Of a stretch of DNA of 64,000 bases, positions 29,566 through 37,482 are shown piece by piece. The number at the start of each line of letters is the position of its first letter. Position 1 is the first letter of the stretch. The notes under the pieces were generated by a model. It saw only the letters and a program-made list of their open reading frames with translations, did not search any database and was not told where the DNA came from. The position numbers and the translations under genes are program-made. This stretch comes from Candidatus Uhrbacteria bacterium (GTDB taxonomy: Bacteria > Patescibacteriota > Patescibacteriia > UBA9934): positions 4,051 through 68,050 of the forward strand of contig CALRAI010000001.1 in the NCBI GenBank assembly GCA_943350635.1. The letters are read 5' to 3'.

Positions 29566-30477
29566 ATGCGAACATTCTTCCGCATTATTCGGTTCGCGAT
29601 GCAGAGTATGCTACGGAATTTTTGGTTGTCGTTTGTAACAGTTTCCGTGTTTGTCCTTACATTGATCACGGTGAACGCGGTGATTATTTTGAACGTGCTC
29701 GCGAATGCATCGGTGAAAAGTGTGGAAGGTCGCGTGCAAGTAACGGTATATTTCACGTCCGACGCTTCGGTAGATACAGTAAAGAGTACACAAAGCTACT
29801 TGCTCGGATTATCCCAGGTGAAAGACGTTTCGTACGTTACGGCGGAGGACGCGTTGATAGCGTTCAAGGAAACGCACAAAAGCGATCCCGTCATTCTTGG
29901 GGCGTTGGACGAAGTGGATGGGAATCCGCTCGGTCAGGCGCTCAAGATTCGTGCATACAATGCCGCAGACTTTCCGTTTATTTTAGAGGCGTTGGAAACT
30001 CCAGAGTACGCGCCGTTTATTAAGGACAAAAATTACAACAACTACGAATCGGCGCTGAAGGTGTTGGGAAATTTCTCGGAAAAGATCCGTATCGGCTTTT
30101 TGGTACTTGCGTTGTTCTTTGGATTTATTGCCATGCTCATCGTCTTCAATACCATTCGCGTAGCCATTTACGTTCATCGTGAGGAAATTGGTGTGATGAA
30201 GCTTGTGGGTGCCAACGACTGGTTTATTCGCGGGCCATTTTTGTTGGAGTCGATATTTTACGCATTCATCGCCACGGGAATCATGGCAGGAATTATTGCC
30301 ACAACGCTGCGCTTTGCGAATCCGTACATCGTAGCCTTCTTCCAGGGTGTGGACGTAGATTTGGTGGCATACTACTCCACCAACGCGTTGCCAATGTTCG
30401 GTGCTCAATTTGGCATTCTTGCGTTCCTTGGGCTTGCAACTACAGCCTTTGCCATGCGCCGGTACTTGAGAGTGTAA
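29566..30477 (+). CDS. ftsX: Cell division permease FtsX
   Basis: NTIRVAIYVHREEIGVMKLVGA..WFIRGPF. Confidence 0.95.
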   Translation: MRTFFRIIRFAMQSMLRNFWLSFVTVSVFVLTLITVNAVIILNVLANASVKSVEGRVQVTVYFTSDASVDTVKSTQSYLLGLSQVKDVSYVTAEDALIAFKETHKSDPVILGALDEVDGNPLGQALKIRAYNAADFPFILEALETPEYAPFIKDKNYNNYESALKVLGNFSEKIRIGFLVLALFFGFIAMLIVFNTIRVAIYVHREEIGVMKLVGANDWFIRGPFLLESIFYAFIATGIMAGIIATTLRFANPYIVAFFQGVDVDLVAYYSTNALPMFGAQFGILAFLGLATTAFAMRRYLRV

Positions 30478-30668
30478 AGAGCCTGATGCTTTGAGCGTGT
30501 TGGGCGTTACGAAGATTGATGGGTTCGGGTGTCTCGAATGTGCTCGTGTAAGACAATGTAAGACACTGACTTACACAAGATTGTAAGCACCCCCTCACTC
30601 CCGCTCAACCCTTCAAAAGAATCAGTTTCTGTGCTACCTTCGTTCCGCCAATATCGGCAGGAGTTCCC

Positions 30669-31289
30669 ATGATTCGCGACATTCAACTCATCGTTCTCGA
30701 CGGTCAACCTGGTGGCGGGAAGGACTTTTTCCTTCAAATGCTGGAGGCGGATCCGTGGTTCATGCGGAACGCCGTCATCGAAACGGAAGCCGCGGCGCTA
30801 CTGTACACCGCCCACAAGGTGCAGCCGGGGGAGTTCGGCACCGTTTCCCAGGACACGATCGACGCGTTTCAGAACGCCATTGCGAGCCTGTGCATGTTCA
30901 AGCGCTCGCTTGCCGTGGACCGTGCAGTGCGCGACGGCAAGAAGCTCGTGGTGTTCAACCGCTTCATACCGAGTGGTGCGGCGTATCTGCAGTGGGGGAT
31001 TGTGGATCTGATGGCAATCACGAATTTGTCCGAGGTCGAGATGAACAGCGGCATCGACCACGTGATCTGCCCTGGCCCGCCGCCGGAGGAGCACTACGTC
31101 ACCAACGAATATCGGTTCGAGACGTATGCAGAAGCGTGCGTGCTCGGTGCTCGGGCTCGTCAGGCGTACATCGACTTGGGCTTCGTACCAGGCACCACAC
31201 TGCACGACATCCCCGGCGGCGACGACTTCGACGCCAAGTGCGCGCTGTTCATGGCCACGATCCGCCAACTCACCGGTGCCGAGCACTAG
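30669..31289 (+). CDS. P-loop NTPase (AAA_28/nucleotide kinase-like)
   Basis: VLDGQPGGGKD Walker A-like; VVFNR; AGGAG RBS. Confidence 0.7.
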   Translation: MIRDIQLIVLDGQPGGGKDFFLQMLEADPWFMRNAVIETEAAALLYTAHKVQPGEFGTVSQDTIDAFQNAIASLCMFKRSLAVDRAVRDGKKLVVFNRFIPSGAAYLQWGIVDLMAITNLSEVEMNSGIDHVICPGPPPEEHYVTNEYRFETYAEACVLGARARQAYIDLGFVPGTTLHDIPGGDDFDAKCALFMATIRQLTGAEH

Positions 31290-31403
31290 CCACGATCGGC
31301 AATCAGCTCAGCACAACACCCACGAAAACACGACGCCCTGCCAACTCTTTCGAGCTGACAGGGCGTTTGCGTGCGTACTGCGGTCACCGTGTCGAACAGT
31401 GAG

Positions 31404-32318
31404 CTACTTCTTGATCTTGGCCATGGCCGTCTCGCACGCGGCGATGAACGGCAGCATGTCCTCCTTCTTGAAGTAGTAGCTGTACTGGGTCGCGAGCTCG
31501 ACCATGCGGTCGACGCTCGACCAGGTCTTCCGAATGCCGACCACGTCTCGGTGGAGCCGTGTGACGACGCCGGGGCACAGGTTGCGGATGCGGGCGATGA
31601 ACGCCTGCTCTTCCGCGCGCCGTGCATCCGCCGCGATCTCCCATTCGTTCTTCGGCGCATTGCTGTGCTTCGGAACGTACTGGATCGTCTCCACCGGCTT
31701 GGGGGCCGGAACGCGCTGGATCATCGGCGGGGCGATCACGATCGGGGCCACGGCCATCGCACGGAGCTGCTCCAGGGACACGCCCTGTCCGGGCTTGCGA
31801 CGGGAGCTCGGGGCATCGATCTTGCGATCGACGACCACGGGCTTCGGAGCGGCGTAGCGTTGCAGCCACGCGAGGCGGTCGGCTTCGTTGGCCTTCCGCA
31901 CGTCCTCGAGCCAACGGAGGTTCTCTTCCACGCGAGCGGCTTCGGCAGCGGCTTCGGCACGCTCGTTCTCCAGACGCATCGCCTCGGCCCTCGCTGCGGC
32001 GGCGCGACGCTGCTCGGCGGCCTTGCGCGCGGCCTCGATGGCCACGGCAGGATCCGGCTTGACCACCACCGTCTTGGCGACGATGACGACGGGCGCGATG
32101 ATGTCGTTGGAGGGGCGGATGCGCCGCTTGGGCTGCGCGACCGGTTCGGGCCGCTTGGCCTCAACCTCGACGGCGATCTGGTCCTCGCGCCGCCAGACGG
32201 TGGGCGTGCGGCCGTTGTAGCCGGTGTCGAGGGTCGAGACGGCGCCGCGGGTGGCGCTGAGGCGGTGGCCGATGAGGTTGAGAAACTGGTCTTCGATGCG
32301 ATTGGCGGAAGCGGTCAT
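31404..32318 (-). CDS. Hypothetical Ala/Arg/Pro-rich protein with coiled coil
   Basis: Very high GC3; GGAGA RBS; promoter TTTACA-17-TATCAT at 32385-32413. Confidence 0.6.
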   Translation of the reverse strand: MTASANRIEDQFLNLIGHRLSATRGAVSTLDTGYNGRTPTVWRREDQIAVEVEAKRPEPVAQPKRRIRPSNDIIAPVVIVAKTVVVKPDPAVAIEAARKAAEQRRAAAARAEAMRLENERAEAAAEAARVEENLRWLEDVRKANEADRLAWLQRYAAPKPVVVDRKIDAPSSRRKPGQGVSLEQLRAMAVAPIVIAPPMIQRVPAPKPVETIQYVPKHSNAPKNEWEIAADARRAEEQAFIARIRNLCPGVVTRLHRDVVGIRKTWSSVDRMVELATQYSYYFKKEDMLPFIAACETAMAKIKK

Positions 32319-32467
32319 GTGAAGATCTCCGGGGATTGGGGAAGCGAACGGGGGTGGTGAACAAAGAGCAATCAGTAACAAAATATGATAGCACAATTTG
32401 TGCCTTTTGTAAAGGGGAATGTACCGGTAAAATAGCGAATATTAGCGAAAAAAGATGAAGATTTTCC

Positions 32468-33397
32468 CTATTTAAACGTTGTTTCTTGTGCCTGTTCGGT
32501 TGTATGTTCTCGACCCTCTTGCATAAACTCTAAAATCTTCTCACTACGCATCTCCTCTTCGGTTTCGTATATTCCAGATCTGGCAATATCTGCTGCAAGT
32601 ATTGACTCGTCTATTCCGAATTCCACAGGAAACACTGTTTGTGAAAGAATAAAAGCTGCTTGTCCCATGCACCATTCGTCCTTATTCTCCATGGTAAGTA
32701 ATTCCTTGAAGAGCTTGAGCGCATCGCGTCCATCGCCTTGTTCGCGAGACTCCCTTGCTTCCGCGAGAGCATCAGCTCGCTCCTGATCCAAAGACACAAT
32801 AAGCGAGCTTGGTCCAAAGCGTAGTCCACTATCCGAATATGGAAGATCTTCGTGTTCGCGGATTGTTTGGGCAACCTTGATATTTCCGTAGTTGAGATCC
32901 TCAATTGCTAAAAGATCACTTTCTATAGTGGAATCATGAAAGGCTTTGAAATGTGTTACTTCATGTCCGAGTAGCTCGGCGCTCCAGTCTTCTTCGACGT
33001 CGCTATTTAATACAATAAAATTATCAAGACGTTGAGACGGGGTAAGGTCTTGCGGCGAATGATACCCAATAGCATTCGCGTCTCCGCCAATCATTGCAGA
33101 CGTTGGCCCAGCAAAAAAACGATCGTGTTCAATATAGAATCGCAAATCATCTCGCGATCCTTCTATTTCAGCAACCATGAGCTCCGGGTCGTTTACTGCT
33201 CCGTTTCTATCAACCCACCCACCGTCCATGGAGCGTACCATTTCAAGAACAAGAGGCGTTGCACGATCCGCAACGTCCGCTAAATATTCAACGTTTTCTC
33301 GTTGCGCATCTGTGAGTCTACTCGTGCCCGGTGGCAATGCTCCGCAACCCGTTGTGGCCGCAAGACCGGTGACGATGAGCGCTTTTGGAAAGGTCAT
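32468..33397 (-). CDS. Lipoprotein with HExxH zincin motif
   Basis: AATTGC lipobox-like; LLGHEVTH. Confidence 0.65.
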   Translation of the reverse strand: MTFPKALIVTGLAATTGCGALPPGTSRLTDAQRENVEYLADVADRATPLVLEMVRSMDGGWVDRNGAVNDPELMVAEIEGSRDDLRFYIEHDRFFAGPTSAMIGGDANAIGYHSPQDLTPSQRLDNFIVLNSDVEEDWSAELLGHEVTHFKAFHDSTIESDLLAIEDLNYGNIKVAQTIREHEDLPYSDSGLRFGPSSLIVSLDQERADALAEARESREQGDGRDALKLFKELLTMENKDEWCMGQAAFILSQTVFPVEFGIDESILAADIARSGIYETEEEMRSEKILEFMQEGREHTTEQAQETTFK

Positions 33398-33406
33398 ACC
33401 TCGTGA

Positions 33407-33799
33407 CTATTTAAACGATGGACACGGCGTCGTAACGAACACAGAACCAGCAAGGAGGCTGCCTTCTGGCCAAACAAGTTGAGTGCTGTCAAAAACAAGG
33501 CGCGTACCGTCCACGAGCACCACGGCGCCGTCCTCCAAAGTTCCCGGACCGGTTGATGGCGGTTCAATATCCTTACCATCGCGTCGTTCAAGAATGGTAA
33601 TAGATGCATTCGGTGAAGTGTCCTCTATAGCGACATATGTTTGTATGCCGTTCTGCTCCAATACGAAGCATCGTTGAACGACAGAGGAGCTGTGTTGCCA
33701 CAAAGGAATGATAATGAAAAGGAGAACGGTAACAAAAGATACAGCGACGACTCCATACAGAACGGGATGTGCCTTGATGCGGTTGAGAAAGGTAGTCAT
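33407..33799 (-). CDS. Membrane-anchored hypothetical protein
   Basis: N-terminal TM helix. Confidence 0.6.
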   Translation of the reverse strand: MTTFLNRIKAHPVLYGVVAVSFVTVLLFIIIPLWQHSSSVVQRCFVLEQNGIQTYVAIEDTSPNASITILERRDGKDIEPPSTGPGTLEDGAVVLVDGTRLVFDSTQLVWPEGSLLAGSVFVTTPCPSFK

Positions 33800-33955
33800 A
33801 TAGCGAGAATTGTGCAGAAGAGGGGATGAGTCTTTTATGGATATATGCGTACATAATAGCACTATGGTCCGGGAAATGTATGGTAATTCGCGTGTGGCGA
33901 AATGATACGTGTGTACACAGGACAAATATGGAATAAAGATAGTATAATTATACAT

Positions 33956-34744
33956 ATGCCTATTGAATCACAAGAGAATTCGCAAAACAGTGTCGAGGTG
34001 AAGGACGATGGATATAACTACGAGCGATGGGAAGTTCGACTTGGCGGGCTTTTTACTCAACTTGGTATTGTTCGTGCGTTGGCTGAGGGAGATTTTTCTG
34101 ACGAAGAAAAAGAGCGAATTATTAGGGCAAATGCTGATGAATGGAAGGATATTGTTGCGAAGTTTGGGGAGAACGATCGAGTGGTGCTTCAGAAAGCAAT
34201 AGATGAACTCGGTACGCACACAAAAATCGCCGCACGAGAAATTTGTGACAAACTTGCTGAAGCGATTCGTTTTGCGGGGAAGATGATTCGTCAAACGGCA
34301 CCGTCCGTACAGCAACGCGATGCTATCGATGCTGAGCGAGAACTTGAGGGAGATGCTGCTCATCCTACGCATGAATGGCTGAAAGGAATGGAGGGGGCAT
34401 ACCTTGCGTCACATCTTTCAGATATTACTGCAGAAATAGAGCATAATCATGGAGAAGCGCACATGCTGTATTACGAAATCGGCTCTATTCAGCGCATTGG
34501 TGTACTTATCGAAAACCTACGAGAAAAGATTGATGAAGGAAGGATTGATATTGGAGATCGTGGAGCGGAAGATTGCGCCGATGCAATTCTTGCTGCACGG
34601 AATATGGTGGTGCGCGCAATTATCGCACCGCTTCCGTCTAAACGCTGTCCAGAAATCGATCTTACAAAAATTGATATCGCGATGTTGGATGAAGTTGCAG
34701 ACATTGGCGGCTGGCTTGGCGTGGTAAAAGGGTGGAGTGCATAG
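33956..34744 (+). CDS. Hypothetical protein
   Basis: 262-aa helical ORF; TATAAT just upstream. Confidence 0.65.
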   Translation: MPIESQENSQNSVEVKDDGYNYERWEVRLGGLFTQLGIVRALAEGDFSDEEKERIIRANADEWKDIVAKFGENDRVVLQKAIDELGTHTKIAAREICDKLAEAIRFAGKMIRQTAPSVQQRDAIDAERELEGDAAHPTHEWLKGMEGAYLASHLSDITAEIEHNHGEAHMLYYEIGSIQRIGVLIENLREKIDEGRIDIGDRGAEDCADAILAARNMVVRAIIAPLPSKRCPEIDLTKIDIAMLDEVADIGGWLGVVKGWSA

Positions 34745-34755
34745 TGCGAGGTATT

Positions 34756-35056
34756 ATGAAAACGCTGTTTTCATTCCGGGCGAAAGTATGGCTGTATTCC
34801 GGAATGGCGGCGTGGCATTTTGTTACCTTGCCTAAGGATATTGCTCACGACATTGCGGAGCGGTTCTCTCCGCTAAAAAAAAGGGTGGGGATCGATTCGG
34901 GTTGAAATGACCCTTGGCGAAACACGGTGGAAAACATCAATTTTTCCGGACAAAAAAAGAGGAAGCTATGTGCTTCCGCTTAAAGCAAGTATACGAAAGA
35001 AAGAACACGTTTTTGCAGAGGACACAGTGGCACTCGAGTTGAAAATCATTCTATAA
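34756..35056 (+). pseudogene. DUF1905-like protein, frameshifted in an A8 tract
   Basis: AAWHFVTLP...LKK / GWGSIRV...WKTSIFP...YVLPLKASIRKKE; 301 nt; A8 at 34875-34882. Confidence 0.8.
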
Positions 35057-35225
35057 CCATCCTTTCCTACATTCTTTAATAAAACCAACAAAAATCCCCA
35101 GCGTGTGCTGAGGATTTTTGTGGTTCCGGGACATGGATGGTAATTCGCGTGTGGCGAGCGAGCTCGCCGCGCGAATGACATCCGTATCCCGTACGCCGCG
35201 GTGCGGCTGGCCAGCGTGCGCTGGC

Positions 35226-35269
35226 GAACCATAAAAATACCAGCCGTGGGGCTGGTATTTTTATGGTTC
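35226..35269. terminator. Perfect 20-bp inverted repeat
   Basis: GAACCATAAAAATACCAGCC-GTGG-GGCTGGTATTTTTATGGTTC. Confidence 0.6.
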
Positions 35270-35620
35270 TGCGGCCCGGTCTAGATTGAAGCCTTTAAGG
35301 GGACTTTGGGGCACCCTTCTCCCTGCTCACCAACCCTGTTCCGGTCGCATAGAACTGGAGAGTGAAACTGGCAAAAAATGGAATATAGGCCGGAGGGTAA
35401 AATGAGACAAATGAGACACTACATGGGCTGTTTCAAACGACTGTCTCACACACTAACTTTTCGGCTTATGTTCGCCTAATTCTGACGGTAAAGTGGTTTA
35501 TTTTTGACTGTCTCATCTTCCAATTGAATAAAGTCGAATTTCGCCAGTCTCTGCGTCCTGCGCCACGTTGTCGATTAGGCGCTTCATTCCGTCGAGATAG
35601 ATAGTTGGCACTCACTGATC

Positions 35621-36574
35621 CTATTTAAATGGCTTTTGAAGTTTTGATTGCACAACTTCGCTTATTTTATGGGCATCCCCGTGGCTCAACATGCCAAGAT
35701 ACGAGGATACGGATTCCTCTTTGCTCTCTGTTCCAAGATTATTCATCATTCTGCGTTTGGTGGTCGTACGAAGAACCCGATGATGCGGAAAATGCACCCA
35801 GCCTAGGAAATCAATTCCCGAGGCGATTGTGGCAATGGAGACTTTGTTTGGGTGCAACGCGAGGTGTAACCGTGACTCTAAAAATTCAGCGATCTGCGGC
35901 AGGAGATGTTCTAAATATTCTCTGCCTTCATGCAGGACGACAAAATCGTCGGCGTAGCGGATGTAATGTGCTGCCTTCAAATTGCGCTTTATGAAGTGAT
36001 CAAACACGTTCATGTAGATATTGACCAAAAGTTGGCTCGTAAGGTTACCGAGCGGAAGTCCGACGCCGGGCCTGCCGTCCGTGTGAAAACTCCCGATCAC
36101 TTCCGCGAGGAGCCAAAGAATATCTGTGTCGTTGACATGCCTTTTGATGACGTCGAGGAGAATCGCATGATCGATGTTGGCAAAGAACTTTCGTATGTCG
36201 CATTTCAACACCCAAGCGGTACGGGTGTGGTTTTTGGAAACCTTGGCGGCAAATTCTCGAAGACGATTGATTGCGCGATGCGTACCCCTCCCCTCGCGAC
36301 AGGAGTACGAATCAAAAATGAATTTACGATCGAAGAATGGATATAGGATTCGATAGATTGCGTGATGCAGGAGCCGATCACGGACGGTCGCTTTATGAAT
36401 ATCCCTTGGCTTCGGGTCGTTAATCTTAAAGGCATGGTATCCGCCGTGCCGGTAGGACCTATTGGCGAGGTCGCCGTGCAACGCGACGAGATTATCCATG
36501 AGGCTTGCCGCGAAGAGGGCAACGTCTTCCCGTTTCCTTTTTCCAGACAAAAACTCCTGCCAGGCGGCAAGCAA
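35621..36574 (-). CDS. DGR reverse transcriptase (true start probably 36735, across the microsatellite)
   Basis: KPRDIH, RDRLLHHA, KCDIRKFF, GLPLGNLTSQ (DGR-type SQ), YIRYADDF, IDFLG. Confidence 0.95.
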   Translation of the reverse strand: MLAAWQEFLSGKRKREDVALFAASLMDNLVALHGDLANRSYRHGGYHAFKINDPKPRDIHKATVRDRLLHHAIYRILYPFFDRKFIFDSYSCREGRGTHRAINRLREFAAKVSKNHTRTAWVLKCDIRKFFANIDHAILLDVIKRHVNDTDILWLLAEVIGSFHTDGRPGVGLPLGNLTSQLLVNIYMNVFDHFIKRNLKAAHYIRYADDFVVLHEGREYLEHLLPQIAEFLESRLHLALHPNKVSIATIASGIDFLGWVHFPHHRVLRTTTKRRMMNNLGTESKEESVSSYLGMLSHGDAHKISEVVQSKLQKPFK

Positions 36575-36622
36575 ATTTTCAACAGAAATGATATCCTGAT
36601 ACGTACTATGGAGCCGCGCCCT

Positions 36623-36667
<45 letters not shown>

Positions 36668-36708
36668 CCGGAAGCGCGTCGATTCTCCAGCGCGTCAAAG
36701 AGGGATAT

Positions 36709-37032
36709 TTGGTTTGGATGAACATTGCGCCGCATATTGCAAAGGGTGCGCGTTTTACGATTGGCGCCAGGATTGAAAGTAAGTTTCTCGACCTGTTGGA
36801 GTTGAGTTACGCCGCCTATTTTACCGACAAAGAAAAGAAGGTTGCAAAGATTGCCGAGTGTGTCTTCGTGCTCGATACGCTCAAGTTTCTCATCACCACA
36901 GCATGGGAAGGAAGACTGATAGCCAATAAGCAGTGCGAGGACGTTGCCAAAAAGCTGGACGAGATCGGCAAGATGTTCGGGGGCTGGAAGAAGAATCTCG
37001 AAAACCCTGAACGAAAAAACCGCGCCATGTAA
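36709..37032 (+). CDS. avd: DGR accessory protein Avd-like four-helix bundle (true start probably 36608)
   Basis: KGARFTIGARIE...LDTLKFLI..AWE..LI...LDEIGKMFGGW; lies between TR and RT. Confidence 0.88.
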   Translation: MVWMNIAPHIAKGARFTIGARIESKFLDLLELSYAAYFTDKEKKVAKIAECVFVLDTLKFLITTAWEGRLIANKQCEDVAKKLDEIGKMFGGWKKNLENPERKNRAM

Positions 37033-37047
37033 GCGCGGAATCAAGCA

Positions 37048-37179
37048 CTTTCGAAGACGGAAGACGAACTCATTGTTCGCATTCCACTTGTTCGTCGGCT
37101 TCGCCCAATTGTTGTTGAGCCACGACCCATCGTCATTGCGTTCCACGTTGAAGACGTTCGGGTTGCCGTCCGAGTCGGA
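37048..37179 (-). repeat. DGR template repeat (TR)
   Basis: 132-bp ungapped match to 37501-37632; AAC/AAT-rich; 37 adenines. Confidence 0.97.
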
Positions 37180-37427
37180 TTGCATGGCGTGCCGCCCTTG
37201 CCACTGCCCGCCTATCTAGGAAAGAGGTCGAGCTGTATTTTATGCGTGATCGAAAATCACCAAGCGCGCCATACCAAGTACTTCATTTTTGTTTGGACAC
37301 TCTACGCATCCTCCGAAAGAAGCCGTAGCCACCTTCGTTCTCAACACGCAGGTGCCGAAAGGGTCTCGATAAGCCGTGGCCGACCGATGTAACCAATCTG
37401 CACTCCAGAATACCAAAAATTTTCCGA

Positions 37428-37442
37428 TCCGCCTACGGCGGA
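37428..37442 (-). promoter_or_regulatory. DGR target-recognition hairpin
   Basis: TCCGCC-GTA-GGCGGA, about 60 nt downstream of VR. Confidence 0.7.
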
Positions 37443-37482
37443 AAGCATCAAAGGGTCAAAGAAACAAAGTTTCAAGAAGTAA

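Noticed and set aside
31371-32360. Long plus-strand ORFs over the GC-rich gene (also 1064-1861 and 7812-8465)
   Set aside because: Antisense shadows of high-GC3 genes with no recognisable motifs.
35621-36574. RT as group II intron, retron or Abi RT
   Set aside because: Short RT with the SQ motif and no maturase/endonuclease extension; TR/VR and Avd are adjacent.
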